Notes: a model not told the origin generated them from the sequence alone. A stretch of DNA of 64,000 bases from Hyphomicrobiales bacterium (GCA_002401855.1 NVUH01000005.1:69969-133968); one strand, 5' to 3'; numbered from the stretch's first letter, positions 1 to 10,594 are shown. Made by a program: numbers and translations.

Positions 1-1188
1 GACTTGATTGCGCAACGCAGAGCGCGCCATTTCAAGCGTAATGATGCCATTTTGGGCACGTGATAAAACACTGACCAAGCCGCCCTCGAGCCCGCGGGCA
101 CAACGAGAGGCATTTTCAGCAATATATTGCAGCACATCAGCAGGCACGCTCAAAGTTGGGTTAACCCGCTGTGCTTCAGCCACTTTGGCTTTCAAAATAC
201 GTACCCGCAAATCAAAATCATTAGGGCATATATCAATCACCAAACCGCCAGACAAGCGCGAGCGCATGCGATCATTCAAACAACTAAGCTGCACTGGCGA
301 TTGATCCGCCGCCAACACCACCTGTTTGCCAGCTTCGACCAAGCTGGTAAAAGTATGATCAAACTCTTCTTGCACTTTATCACCTTGCAAGAATTGTAAA
401 TCGTCAATCAGCAATAAATCAACCGAGCGTAATTTTTCTTTAAATGCCATAGTATCGCGGGCTTTAAGCGCATTGACAAATTGCACGATAAATTCTTCAG
501 CGGTTAGATAGAGCATTCTACGCTCTGGATATTTGAACATAATTTGCTGGCGCACAGCATTAAGCAAATGGGTTTTACCAAGCCCTGGGCCGCCATAGAT
601 GAACAAAGGACGGTATCCGCCAAATTCATTTGGCATACCATCGGCCACGCGTTTTGCTGCTTGGAAGGCCAAAGCATTGCTATCGCCCACTACAAATGTA
701 TCAAAGCTCTGACGCGGGTCAACAATATGGCCGCGACGGCCAGACATAACATCGCCCATGGTGCGGCCACTGGTAACTTGGCCAGCCATACCATGCCCAG
801 GCGCGCCACCAAAACCTTTAAGCCCGCCCATTCTTTGGCCCCAGTCTTGCCCAGAGCTTTTGTCGCCCATTTCATTTTGTTGGGCAATCTGCAAATTAGT
901 ATTCTGTGTAGGGGCTTGGCGTGTGGAGCATGTGCGTACCAAAATATCAACACGTGATAGATTGCTAATTTCTTTTTTCCAACCTTCAAGCAAAGTATCG
1001 CGATAATGATTTTGAATCCATGACCGTAAAAACCGTGTCGGCACAGAGACGGTGAGGTTCGCACCATCAAATTTTTCGGGCATCATGCGGGTAAACCAGC
1101 TTGAATACACATCTTCGCCTAAATTTGTACGCAAACCTTCGCGAACAATTTCCCATTTGCTGTCTAGCTCAATGACTGCTGCTTCCAT
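1..1188 (-). CDS. dnaA: Chromosomal replication initiator DnaA (3' end lies beyond the left window edge)
   Basis: Absent from the ORF track because there is no stop in the window. Manual minus-strand translation from ATG (cat 1186-1188) gives MEAAVIELDSKWEIVREGL..., FDTFVVGDSN, Walker A GGPGLGKTHLL, DDLQFLQGDKVQEEF and ...ITLEMARSALRNQV at the edge. Confidence 0.9.
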   Translation of the reverse strand, partial: MEAAVIELDSKWEIVREGLRTNLGEDVYSSWFTRMMPEKFDGANLTVSVPTRFLRSWIQNHYRDTLLEGWKKEISNLSRVDILVRTCSTRQAPTQNTNLQIAQQNEMGDKSSGQDWGQRMGGLKGFGGAPGHGMAGQVTSGRTMGDVMSGRRGHIVDPRQSFDTFVVGDSNALAFQAAKRVADGMPNEFGGYRPLFIYGGPGLGKTHLLNAVRQQIMFKYPERRMLYLTAEEFIVQFVNALKARDTMAFKEKLRSVDLLLIDDLQFLQGDKVQEEFDHTFTSLVEAGKQVVLAADQSPVQLSCLNDRMRSRLSGGLVIDICPNDFDLRVRILKAKVAEAQRVNPTLSVPADVLQYIAENASRCARGLEGGLVSVLSRAQNGIITLEMARSALRNQV

Positions 1189-1237
1189 AATAACCGATCC
1201 TTAATAACCCAAAACCTAAGTGAGACATGTATATGTT

Positions 1238-1702
1238 TCACTGAGACCAAGGTAATCCCGTAAATTTCCAACCTGACAAATGCGAACGATGACCTCCATC
1301 ATTGACATCACCTTCAAAGCCACCAGATATATTATAACTTTTGTTGCAACCCATTTTTGTTGCAACATCAGCAGCATAAGCGCTGCGTACGCCTGAACGA
1401 CATAAGAATAGCAGAACTCGATCTGCCGCTTTAACACCATCATTACTTTGCCATTTATCCAATCGTGCGCTTAGCTCATCAACAAAACTATCATTGGTTT
1501 GCATAGACGGGAATAACTGCCATTCAATTAAGCAATATTTTTCCGACAAATCCACCCCGTCCTCAAGTTTTGACAATTGTGGTACACCGACAAAAATTGT
1601 CTCAGCTTTGGTTCTTACATCTATAAGATATGTTGATGAATCTTCAAGCAGACATTTGAAGGCAGCGCTTGGCGCTAAATCATCTGCATATATGAGTGAC
1701 AT
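1238..1702 (-). CDS. Rhodanese-like sulfurtransferase domain protein
   Basis: ORF 1238..1771 with active-site loop CRSGVRS. The internal ATG at 1702 (MSLIYADD...) follows AAGGA and is the likelier start. Confidence 0.7.
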   Translation of the reverse strand: MSLIYADDLAPSAAFKCLLEDSSTYLIDVRTKAETIFVGVPQLSKLEDGVDLSEKYCLIEWQLFPSMQTNDSFVDELSARLDKWQSNDGVKAADRVLLFLCRSGVRSAYAADVATKMGCNKSYNISGGFEGDVNDGGHRSHLSGWKFTGLPWSQ

Positions 1703-2078
1703 ATATAATCCTTGAAAACAACAACTTATCTTAAAATCAACACTATAGCATAAACAAACCCCAACAGCCAAATCATCAGGCCATTTGATCTATATCAACT
1801 AAGGATGATGCAGTCATAATAAACATAAATGCCATCACCTTGCAAGAGACACAGGCCGCAAAAGCTCTAAATAAATATAGATAATCTGCTTGACTTGAAA
1901 TTTACCTATAGATTCAGCCAGAGCTTTTTGTAAAACATCTAAACCCATATAAGAATCTGATTTGACTCTATTTTTGCCCCGCGGCATGTAAAACTTATCA
2001 TCATTTATGTATAAAATTAACTATATTATTGACTGTAATCTTATGGCAACAATTTTGCCAAATAGTTTCCATCAGCCA

Positions 2079-2113
2079 TAAAAAAAGGCCCCGCCAAAAT
2101 CATAGCGAGGCCT
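2079..2113 (-). terminator. Rho-independent terminator downstream of rpsT
   Basis: Minus strand reads GGCCTCGC...GGCGGGGCC followed by a T-run (plus-strand A-run 2079-2086). Confidence 0.7.
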
Positions 2114-2128
2114 TCTTATAAATTTCAA

Positions 2129-2395
2129 TTAAGCAGATAATGCTTTTACACGTTTTGACAAACGTGAAATTTTACGAGATGCTGTTTTCTTATGAAAAAT
2201 ACCTTTTTGAGCGGCACGCATCATTTCAGCTTGTACGCCGCGCAATGCTTCGGTTGCAGTTTCATAATTACCAGCCGTGATGGCTTCTTCTAATTTACGC
2301 ATAAATGTACGAACGCGAGAACGACGTGTTTTATTAATAGCTGTTTTACGGGCCATCACGCGGATGGCTTTTTTAGCTGATGTTGTATTTGCCAT
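2129..2395 (-). CDS. rpsT: 30S ribosomal protein S20
   Basis: 88-aa basic protein [13 protein letters not shown]...[15 protein letters not shown]. Size and sequence are typical of bS20. Confidence 0.95.
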   Translation of the reverse strand: MANTTSAKKAIRVMARKTAINKTRRSRVRTFMRKLEEAITAGNYETATEALRGVQAEMMRAAQKGIFHKKTASRKISRLSKRVKALSA

Positions 2396-2572
2396 TATAT
2401 AAGCTCTTTATCATTTCAGGATGACTATATTGGGCGATATGCTGGCAATAGAGGCATCAAATTAAACTCTGTATTGACGGGCTTATACAAGCACAATCGA
2501 TAAAGGTCAAGCAAAGATCGCTTTCAATGACTAATAATTTGACAAAATTTACAGGCCGTTTTCAGCGGGCAG

Positions 2573-3439
2573 TTATTTTTGGCATGACGGGCAATAAAAG
2601 GTCGAGCGGCCAGATTGCACAATGCGGATAATTTTGTCTTTACACTTATCCGTCACGCAATCCTTACCCTCACGGCCATAAGCCACAAAACGATGCTGAA
2701 AATAGCCCAAATTACCATCGGCTTGGCGGTAATCATTAAGTGTCGAGCCACCTGCTTCAATCGCCTCGGCCAGAATGTCTTTAATGATCGGCACAAGCTG
2801 TATGCAGGCTTTGGTCGGCTTGTCAGCTTTGCTCGCCAATATGCTGGCAGGGCGAGAGGGATCAACCTTGGCGCGAAACAAAGCTTCGCATACATATATA
2901 TTGCCCAAACCCGCTACAATTTTCTGGTTGAGCAGATGATTTTTTATATTGCCACTTTTTCCAGCTGACTTTTTGGCCAGATGCGCGGCATCAAAATCAT
3001 CAGTCAATGGCTCAGGGCCAATGTCGCGGATTAATTTATGAGCCTGCCACTCACCTTGCTCGGCCAGCACCAAAAACCCAAAGCGCCGTGGGTCATTATA
3101 AACAACTTCCGTGCCATCATCCAAATAGAACACTACATGATCATGCTTTTGTTTTTCCCGCATCTTGGCTTCGTTATGCGAGAAAATGGTGAATTTACCC
3201 GACATGCCCAAATGGCCAATAAGCGTTTGCTTGTTTTTGCTGCTGTGAAAATGCATCAACAGATATTTAGACCTGCGCTCAATGTCGGCAATCTGCTTGC
3301 CTTCTAGTGTTGCCGCCAAATCGCTATCAAACTCAAACCGCAGATTTTTACGGTTAAGCTCAAGCTTGACCAGTGTTTTGCCTTTCATAGCAGGCAGTAA
3401 GCCTCGGCGAACGGTTTCAACTTCGGGCAATTCGGGCAT
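2573..3439 (-). CDS. mutM: Formamidopyrimidine-DNA glycosylase (Fpg/MutM)
   Basis: N-terminus MPELPEVETVRRGL (catalytic Pro2) when started at ATG 3439. C-terminal zinc finger C..C...CPSC. Confidence 0.9.
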   Translation of the reverse strand: MPELPEVETVRRGLLPAMKGKTLVKLELNRKNLRFEFDSDLAATLEGKQIADIERRSKYLLMHFHSSKNKQTLIGHLGMSGKFTIFSHNEAKMREKQKHDHVVFYLDDGTEVVYNDPRRFGFLVLAEQGEWQAHKLIRDIGPEPLTDDFDAAHLAKKSAGKSGNIKNHLLNQKIVAGLGNIYVCEALFRAKVDPSRPASILASKADKPTKACIQLVPIIKDILAEAIEAGGSTLNDYRQADGNLGYFQHRFVAYGREGKDCVTDKCKDKIIRIVQSGRSTFYCPSCQK

Positions 3440-3559
3440 ATTTGTTCCATCAACATAAAAAATCAAGCTGCGACAAATTACCTTATATATATAAATAACT
3501 TTTCGCTGTTGCGCTTCTGCTATATAAACAGATAATAGTGAAATTGAGAAGAGTTAAAT

Positions 3560-4327
3560 ATGCCTGAAACGCAGCAAAAAACCACCCATTTTGGCTTTAA
3601 AACCGTGGCCGAAGACGAAAAACAGGGCATGGTTTACAATGTGTTTGAAAAAGTTGCCGAGCAATATGACTTGATGAATGACGTGATGACCGGCGGCATG
3701 CACCGCATTTGGAAAGACGCACTCATCGATTGGGCAGCCCCACCAAAACACGCAGGCGATTATAAACATTTAGATGTGGCAGGCGGCACTGCCGACATCG
3801 CCTTTAGAATGCTCGAAAAAGCTGGCAAAAACGCCCACTCCACAGTGTGTGATATTAATGAGCATATGCTCAAAGTCGGCGAAAAACGCGCATTGGCAAA
3901 ACCCTATAAAGATCGCATTGAATTCACCTGCGGTAATGCCGAAACCTTAAGCTTCGAAGACAATCATTTTGACATTTACACCATTGCCTTTGGCATTCGC
4001 AATGTCACCCGTATGGACGTGGCGTTAAAAGAAGCTTATCGCGTCCTCAAACCTGGTGGGCGGTTTCTATGTTTAGAAGTCAGTAAAATGCAAATTGCTG
4101 CTGTCGAGAAATTGTATGATAAAATCAGCCTCAATCTTGTGCCAAAAATCGGTGAAATGATTGTCGGGGATGGCACGCCTTATAAATATCTGGTCGAATC
4201 GACACGGCGCTTTCCTGACCAAGAAACATTCGCGCAAATGATCAGGGATACGGGCTTTAGCCATGTTGACCATCGTAATTATTTGGGTGGCGTGGCGGCC
4301 ATTCATTCTGGCTATAAGATCGGGTAA
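3560..4327 (+). CDS. ubiE: Ubiquinone/menaquinone biosynthesis C-methyltransferase UbiE
   Basis: HFGF...V..VF..VA..YDLMND signature, SAM motif LDVAGGTADIA, 255 aa. Confidence 0.9.
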   Translation: MPETQQKTTHFGFKTVAEDEKQGMVYNVFEKVAEQYDLMNDVMTGGMHRIWKDALIDWAAPPKHAGDYKHLDVAGGTADIAFRMLEKAGKNAHSTVCDINEHMLKVGEKRALAKPYKDRIEFTCGNAETLSFEDNHFDIYTIAFGIRNVTRMDVALKEAYRVLKPGGRFLCLEVSKMQIAAVEKLYDKISLNLVPKIGEMIVGDGTPYKYLVESTRRFPDQETFAQMIRDTGFSHVDHRNYLGGVAAIHSGYKIG

Positions 4328-4329
4328 TT

Positions 4330-5895
4330 ATGGGTCATATATTCAGATTATTACGCGCAGCGCACAGCATTGCCAAATACCGCATTATACCTGCTGCGGT
4401 AAAACAGGAAATGCCATTTACCGCCCGCTTCGGTTTGTTTTGCCTCGCGCCATTGACAGCCATTTTTGGCCTACGTAAAACCAACAATATAAACAAAAAC
4501 ATGGCTTTGGCCTTGGCCAAATTAGGCCCTTCTTACATTAAGTTCGGTCAATTTTTAGCCACACGGCCAGACTTAGTGGGCGAGGCGATTGCAGGCAGCC
4601 TGCAACAATTGCAAGACAATGTACCAGCCTTTGAGCATAAGCTAGCCGTGGCACAAGTTGAAAAAAGCTTCGGCAAAAAACTCGATCAGATTTTTAGCGA
4701 ATTCAGCCCCGCAGTAGCAGCAGCCTCAATTGCCCAAGTGCACAAAGCCACATTGGTCGATGGCGGCAAACAAGTGGCCGTAAAAATATTACGCCCCGAT
4801 GTTGAAAAACGCTTTGCCCGCGACCTGTCAGATTTTTTCTTCGCCGCCCGTTTGGCCGAGGGCTTTGACCCCCAAGCCAGACGGCTGCGTTTGGTGGATG
4901 TCGTGGCGACTCTAAAAAAATCAGTCGATGCCGAGATGAATTTACGCTTTGAAGCCGCTGCTATTTCTGAAATGACCGAGCTAAAAAAAGCTTTCGGCGA
5001 TAAATTATCCGCCAGTGCTGATTTCAGCCTGCCCACAGTAAACTGGGCGCTGACCGACAAAAATATCCTCACCACCGATTGGATTGACGGCACACCTTTA
5101 TCTGACTTAAAAGCCGTGCGCGCATTGGGCATTGACACGCCAAAATTGGCAATCAACATCGTCACCTGCTTTTTAACCCAAGCCCTAGAATTTGGCTTTT
5201 TTCATGCCGATATGCATCCAGGCAATATTTTCATCAAACCAGACGGCAAAATAGCCTTGGTTGATTTTGGCATAGTCGACCGCATGAGCAAAAACGAACG
5301 GCGCTTTTTGGCCGAAATCCTATACGGCTTCATCCGCCGCGATTATCTGCACAATGCAAAAATACATTTTGAAGCAGGCTACGTACCAAACCACCACAAT
5401 GTCGAAGATTTTGCTTTGGCTCTACGCGCCATTGGCGAGCCATTAATGAGCGCCGATGCCGAAGATATTTCAATGGGCTTGCTACTCGGCCAATTGCTAA
5501 AAACTACCGAAACCTTCGAAATGCAAACCCAGCTACAGCTTGTCATGCTACAAAAAAGCCTAGTGATTGTTGAAGGCGTGGCACGAATGATCGATCCAAA
5601 GTTCGATATGTTCAAAGCCATGGAACCCTTGCTGAAAAGCTGGTTGAAAAAAACTCTAGGCGCCGAAACAAAAGTAAAAGACGGCCTAGAAGCCATCTCA
5701 GAGCTAGCCAGCCACATACCACACCTACCAGCCTATATCGACCGCGTGAAAAGCAGCATCGAAAAGCTTGATGACATCGCAAAATCAGACGCAATAATGG
5801 CAGAGGCCGCAAAATCCACCCGCCGCCACAGCCGCCTGCAAACAGGCCTGCTGCTAATTGCAGTGACCGCTTTTTTATCAGCATTATATTTTTAG
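4330..5895 (+). CDS. ubiB: UbiB/ABC1 atypical kinase-like ubiquinone biosynthesis protein
   Basis: 521 aa. Starts 2 nt after ubiE. Has ALAKLGPSYIKFGQFLATRPDL, AAASIAQVH, HADMHPGNIF, and a C-terminal TM helix. Confidence 0.85.
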   Translation: MGHIFRLLRAAHSIAKYRIIPAAVKQEMPFTARFGLFCLAPLTAIFGLRKTNNINKNMALALAKLGPSYIKFGQFLATRPDLVGEAIAGSLQQLQDNVPAFEHKLAVAQVEKSFGKKLDQIFSEFSPAVAAASIAQVHKATLVDGGKQVAVKILRPDVEKRFARDLSDFFFAARLAEGFDPQARRLRLVDVVATLKKSVDAEMNLRFEAAAISEMTELKKAFGDKLSASADFSLPTVNWALTDKNILTTDWIDGTPLSDLKAVRALGIDTPKLAINIVTCFLTQALEFGFFHADMHPGNIFIKPDGKIALVDFGIVDRMSKNERRFLAEILYGFIRRDYLHNAKIHFEAGYVPNHHNVEDFALALRAIGEPLMSADAEDISMGLLLGQLLKTTETFEMQTQLQLVMLQKSLVIVEGVARMIDPKFDMFKAMEPLLKSWLKKTLGAETKVKDGLEAISELASHIPHLPAYIDRVKSSIEKLDDIAKSDAIMAEAAKSTRRHSRLQTGLLLIAVTAFLSALYF

Positions 5896-5897
5896 TT

Positions 5898-6500
5898 CCA
5901 AGCAGCCGCACCACCAACCTGCCTCACCCGAACCACCCGCCGCTTGTTCACACAACAAACTCAGAATTTCGTATGTCCTCGTTTCCACGCAAAGATCATT
6001 TCAGTGAGCGCGACAGCGGCCGTTCGAAGCCGCTGCCGTCTAACGCGCGGTCGGCTAGAGAGCGAAGCGAACGCACGCAAGTGTCAACAGCATGCCGAAA
6101 GGCGTGCGTATAAATGAAGTACCCGAGTACAGGCAGGACAGCTAACTTTCTTAGTGTCTTTGCGGCGGCAAATGCAGGTTCATTGTTTGAGATTCCTGCG
6201 CAAACTTTCTAGCTCACAACTTTTCAGCCATCATTGGGCAGTCTCATGCCTAAGCTCTGGAAGTCTGCATTTTCACGTTCGGCTTAAGCCTCTCTGTTAG
6301 CACTTGCGTGCGCTCCACATGCTTCGCATGCTGCGCTAGCCGACCGCGCGTTCGTCGGCAGCGGCTTCGAATGGCCGCTGTCGCGTTCACTGACATGTAT
6401 GGGAGTTGTGGAAACGAGGGCATACGAAATTCTGAGTTTGTTGTGTGAACAAGCGGCGGGTGGTTCGGGTGGGGCAGGTTAGTGGTGCGGCGGCTTTGGG
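5898..6500. repeat. Repeat-family locus A: ~600-bp long hairpin element filling the ubiB/recR convergent gap
   Basis: Perfect 51-nt inverted repeat 5925-5975 vs 6421-6471. The arms continue inward for roughly 190 nt each with few mismatches. Contains core-like GAGAGCGAAGCGAACGCACGCAAGTG (6057-6082) and junction CTCTGGAAGTCTGCA (6255-6269). Confidence 0.95.
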
Positions 6501-6526
6501 CTAGCTAGAAACTCAGAATTCGCTTC

Positions 6527-7132
6527 CTAAAACGGTTTCCGTGCCTTAACCGCCGCGCTCAACGTGCCTTCATCAAGATAATCCAGCTCACCACCGACAG
6601 GCACGCCATGCGCCAACATGGTCACTTCAACATCGCATAATTCAAGCGCATCAGTTAAATAATGGGCGGTGGTTTGCCCATCAATCGTAGCGTTCAGCGC
6701 CAACAAAACCTCTTTAACCTCAGGGTCAGCCGCACGCTCAACCAATTTACTAATATTCAATTGCTCAGGCCCAATGCCATCCAATGCCGATAATGTACCG
6801 CCCAGCACCAAATATGTACCCTTTATCGCATTCGCCCGCTCCAGCGCCCACAGGTCAGCCACATCCTCAACCACACAAATCACATCTTTGGTGCGTTTAG
6901 GGTTGATGCAAATGGCACAAGGATTATTGACATCCAAATTGCCGCATTCACTGCAAGTGTCAACACGCTCAGCAGCATCTTCGGCCGCACGTGCCAACGG
7001 CCGCAACAACTGTTCTTTTTTCTTTATCAAGTGTAAGGTGGCACGCCGCGCAGACCGCGGCCCAAGCCCAGGCAGTCTAGACAATATCTGTATCAGTCGT
7101 TCAATTTCAGCCCCTGCTTTATGCCCGCTCAT
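6527..7132 (-). CDS. recR: Recombination protein RecR
   Basis: 201 aa. LPGLGPRSA helix-hairpin-helix, Cys4 finger [16 protein letters not shown], Toprim region [10 protein letters not shown]. Confidence 0.95.
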   Translation of the reverse strand: MSGHKAGAEIERLIQILSRLPGLGPRSARRATLHLIKKKEQLLRPLARAAEDAAERVDTCSECGNLDVNNPCAICINPKRTKDVICVVEDVADLWALERANAIKGTYLVLGGTLSALDGIGPEQLNISKLVERAADPEVKEVLLALNATIDGQTTAHYLTDALELCDVEVTMLAHGVPVGGELDYLDEGTLSAAVKARKPF

Positions 7133-7141
7133 ATATTTTCC

Positions 7142-7477
7142 CTAAAAACCCAGATTCATACCTTCAGGCAATTGCATATCACCCATAATTTCTTTGGTTT
7201 TTTCGGCCACCATAGCTTCGGCTTTGCCTTTGGCATCATTATGCGCCGCCATAATCAGGTCTTCCAAAACCTCGCCTTCGTCTGGCGAAAGCAAACTTGG
7301 GTCAATCGTCATGCCTTTAATCAACCCCTTGCCAGACAAGGTAATTTTAACCATGCCGCCGCCCGATACACCTTCGACCATCAACAATTCAATCTGGCTC
7401 TGCATTTCAGCCATTTTGGCCTGCATCTCTTGGGCTTGTTTCATCATCTTGCCCATATCACCCATTTTTCCAAACAT
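7142..7477 (-). CDS. ybaB: Nucleoid-associated protein YbaB/EbfC
   Basis: 111 aa, MMKQAQEMQAKM...VEGVSGGGMVKITLSGKG. Sits in the conserved dnaX-ybaB-recR order. Confidence 0.9.
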   Translation of the reverse strand: MFGKMGDMGKMMKQAQEMQAKMAEMQSQIELLMVEGVSGGGMVKITLSGKGLIKGMTIDPSLLSPDEGEVLEDLIMAAHNDAKGKAEAMVAEKTKEIMGDMQLPEGMNLGF

Positions 7478-7485
7478 AATATGTC

Positions 7486-9483
7486 CTAATCTAAATCATC
7501 AAATTTAATAATTTTCTCAATGCTCGCGCCATCAAATTGCGCCAATGTATATTTAATCAACTCTTCTTGGCTAAATTTCTGCACTTCAGCCGCAAACCGC
7601 GCCAATTCTTGCTCTTGCAAGGTCGAGCTAGCGGCACTTTGTGCTTTAACATCAAAAGTAACCAGCCAATCTTCACCCGTCCATTGTTCAAGCAATGTCA
7701 TCAATTGCTTGGGCAAGTTTTTATCGGCTTGTGGTAACGGTTTTAGATGTATTTCGCCAATTTTATAAGAAATCAGCAACACCTCATGGCGCAATATGCG
7801 GCGCAATAAAAGCTCGCGCTGCTTGCCCACCAACGCAACTAAATCTTCAAAATTGGTCGGGCTATATATATAATGGTCGCCATCACTGGCTGCCAGCTGG
7901 CTAACATCGGCTTCAGCATGACCAAATTCGGCCGCATCTTCGTCAGAAACATCGTAAAAAGCTGCATCATCGTCAGTTGCATCACCATGATCCATCGATA
8001 GGTTTTCAGCATATTGATCAAAACTATTGTCAAACCCATCTTCTTTAACATCTGGTTGCGGGTGCAAGGCCACAACATTATTTGCAGGCTTTTTTTCAAC
8101 AATTTCAATCTCTGGTGCAACTTGCATTTGCACAGCTGCATTCGAATTTTGCGGAAAGCTTAGCATATTGGTCGGCGCACCACTTGTTTGCGGCGCTATC
8201 GATTTTGTAGACTGTGCATTAGAATTGCCGCCATTTGGAGCCGCAGGCGCGGCTTGCGCAGCAGGTGCTGAATCCACAGTTGGCGCTGGCTGTCCCATTA
8301 ACTTCTTAATCACATCATCAGGGTTAGGCAATTGCGCACCATAACCCAAGCGAATCAACGCCATTTCTGCCGCAGCAAACGGTTTGGGCGCATTTTTCAC
8401 TTCTTCCATGCCTTTAAGCAGCATTTGCCAAGCTTTGGCCAAACTGCGCATCGATAATTTAGCAGCAAACTCATTGCCCTTATCATGCGCCTCTTTCGAC
8501 CAAACATTATCTTGTAAATTCGGAATGACTTTAAGCCGCGTGATCCAATGGCTAATCTCAGCCAATTCGGCCAAAATCCGCGAGGGGTCAGCACCTTCAT
8601 CATATTGGTTTTTAAACTCAGCCAACGCCTCAGGCAATTTGCCTTGCATTAAATTCTCAAACAGATCAAAAATCCGCATTCTATCGGCAATGCCCAGCAT
8701 TTGGCGGATATTCTCATCCGTCACACCATCTTTCGCCCCGCCAGACATAGCAATCGCTTGGTCAAGAATAGACAAACCATCACGCGCCGAACCTTCGGAA
8801 GCTTGCGCGATGATGCTCAGCGCATCATCAGACACTTTAACGCCTTCTTTGCCAGCAATTTTAGCAAACAAGTCTTTTAGCTGGTTGGCATCAATGCGCC
8901 GTAAATCAAACCGCTGGCAACGCGACAACACGGTCACAGGAATTTTTTGAATCTCAGTGGTGGCGAAAATAAACTTCACATGTTCAGGCGGCTCTTCCAG
9001 CGTTTTGAGCAAGCCATTAAACGCCGCCGTGGTCAGCATATGCACTTCGTCAATAATATAAACTTTATAGCGCGCGTTGACAGGCTTATAACGCACCGAT
9101 TCGATAATCTCGCGAATGTCGCCAATGCCTGTGCGCGATGCAGCATCCATCTCAAACACATCAATATGGCGGCTGTCCATAATGTCTTGGCAGTGAATGC
9201 CCAACTCGGGCATAATGGTGGTCGGTTTATCAATCTTGCCATCGGCAGTTTCATAATTTAGCGCCCGCGCCAAAATACGTGCCGTTGTGGTCTTACCAAT
9301 GCCCCGCACACCTGTGAGAATATAAGCTTGCGCAATACGCCCCGATTCAAACGCGTTTTGCAGCGTTTGCACCATAGAATCATGACCAATCATATCGTCA
9401 AAATTATGCGGCCGATATTTACGCGCCAAAACCTGATAGGCTTCAGTTTTTTTAGGCTCAGTTTTTGGCTTATCGTCGCTCAT
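7486..9483 (-). CDS. dnaX: DNA polymerase III subunits gamma/tau
   Basis: 665 aa. YRP..F.DMIGH, Walker A GVRGIGKTTTARILA, DEVHML, low-complexity A/P/Q linker, tau C-terminal domain. Confidence 0.95.
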   Translation of the reverse strand: MSDDKPKTEPKKTEAYQVLARKYRPHNFDDMIGHDSMVQTLQNAFESGRIAQAYILTGVRGIGKTTTARILARALNYETADGKIDKPTTIMPELGIHCQDIMDSRHIDVFEMDAASRTGIGDIREIIESVRYKPVNARYKVYIIDEVHMLTTAAFNGLLKTLEEPPEHVKFIFATTEIQKIPVTVLSRCQRFDLRRIDANQLKDLFAKIAGKEGVKVSDDALSIIAQASEGSARDGLSILDQAIAMSGGAKDGVTDENIRQMLGIADRMRIFDLFENLMQGKLPEALAEFKNQYDEGADPSRILAELAEISHWITRLKVIPNLQDNVWSKEAHDKGNEFAAKLSMRSLAKAWQMLLKGMEEVKNAPKPFAAAEMALIRLGYGAQLPNPDDVIKKLMGQPAPTVDSAPAAQAAPAAPNGGNSNAQSTKSIAPQTSGAPTNMLSFPQNSNAAVQMQVAPEIEIVEKKPANNVVALHPQPDVKEDGFDNSFDQYAENLSMDHGDATDDDAAFYDVSDEDAAEFGHAEADVSQLAASDGDHYIYSPTNFEDLVALVGKQRELLLRRILRHEVLLISYKIGEIHLKPLPQADKNLPKQLMTLLEQWTGEDWLVTFDVKAQSAASSTLQEQELARFAAEVQKFSQEELIKYTLAQFDGASIEKIIKFDDLD

Positions 9484-9591
9484 TTAATTTCCAGATATTT
9501 TGGCTGCATTCCATATAGTAAACGGGACGCAGAAAATACGCAAAAGGATAATGCCTATATAAGGAACAAATATAGGAAAAAAAGGAAAAAA

Positions 9592-9685
9592 GGAAACTGG
9601 ACAATAACCCATGAAAGATTCGTTGTGGCTGCTTCCTTCCGGATCTGACCAGATTGGCGAAAGACACGTCCATCGCCAGCTTCCC
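9592..9685 (-). ncRNA. ffs: Signal recognition particle RNA (4.5S, small bacterial type)
   Basis: Minus strand reads CUGGUCAGAUCCGGAAGGAAGCAGCCACAACG, the conserved SRP domain IV motif. 5' GGAAGCUGG pairs with 3' CCAGUUUCC (one G-U). UUCG/CGAA and CGUG/CAUG inner pairings. A U-rich tract follows. Classic position just upstream of dnaX. Ends are approximate. Confidence 0.85.
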
Positions 9686-9727
9686 ATTGCCTATATGATA
9701 CATTGAACACTAAAATACAAGTATTTT

Positions 9728-10594
9728 TTAAACAGAAGTAAAGTTATTACGGTAATCATTACGCCTATAAGTGCCAAAAATCTTGATATTGGTGGTAAAA
9801 AACTCAAGTTCTTCCAGTGCCAAAGTCACGCTTTTCTGATCAGGGTGGCCTTCAATTTCGGCATAAAACTGCGTGGCGCTAAAATTACCTTCAACTTGGT
9901 AGCTTTCGAGCTTAATCATATTCACCCCATTGGTGGCAAAACCGCCCAAACCTTTATAAAGCGAGGCAGGCACATTGCGCACGCGGAATAAAAAACTGGT
10001 AATCATTGGTCCGTCATCGGCATTAAATTTGGCTGATTGGCGCGAGAAAACCACAAAACGCGTTGTATTATGCGCCGCATCTTCAATATTTTCGGCCAAT
10101 ATATTCAACCCATAAATATCAGCGGCAATCTTGGGCGCAATGGCAGCTTTTGTGCCGTCTTTCCATTCTGCAACCAACCGCGCACTACCAGCCGTATCGG
10201 CGGCGACATGAGTTTTAAAACCATGTTTTTGAATAAAATTACGGCATTGCGGCAGGCAAACAATATGGCTGTAAACATCGGTAATTTCTTCAAGCTTCAC
10301 TCCATCAAGCGCCATTAGATGAAAGCGGATCGGCAAAAAATATTCGGCAATCATTTTTAAATCACTATTCGGCAATAAATGGTGGATATCCGCCACCCGC
10401 CCTGCCAAGCTATTCTCAATCGCAATCATCGCCAAATCGGCTTTGCCATCTTCAACCGCTTTAAACGCCAAATCAAAACTATCGCAGGGCAATACCTCCA
10501 TATTGGGGTAGGCTTGTTGGCAAATAATGTGGGAATTTGCCCCAACTTCACCTTGAAACGCAATGATTCCTTTTTGGGTCTTACTCATAGTCAC
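9728..10594 (-). CDS. pheA: Prephenate dehydratase
   Basis: 288 aa. IAFQGEVGANS, NTTRFVVFS (TRF motif), C-terminal ACT-like regulatory domain. Confidence 0.85.
   Translation of the reverse strand: MTMSKTQKGIIAFQGEVGANSHIICQQAYPNMEVLPCDSFDLAFKAVEDGKADLAMIAIENSLAGRVADIHHLLPNSDLKMIAEYFLPIRFHLMALDGVKLEEITDVYSHIVCLPQCRNFIQKHGFKTHVAADTAGSARLVAEWKDGTKAAIAPKIAADIYGLNILAENIEDAAHNTTRFVVFSRQSAKFNADDGPMITSFLFRVRNVPASLYKGLGGFATNGVNMIKLESYQVEGNFSATQFYAEIEGHPDQKSVTLALEELEFFTTNIKIFGTYRRNDYRNNFTSV

Noticed and set aside
1189-2572. Replication origin next to dnaA (intergenic regions 1189-1237, 1772-2128, 2396-2572)
   Set aside because: I could not find TTATCCACA-type DnaA boxes or a clear AT-rich unwinding repeat array by eye. 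In many alphaproteobacteria oriC is not adjacent to dnaA. A proper motif scan and GC-skew analysis would be needed.
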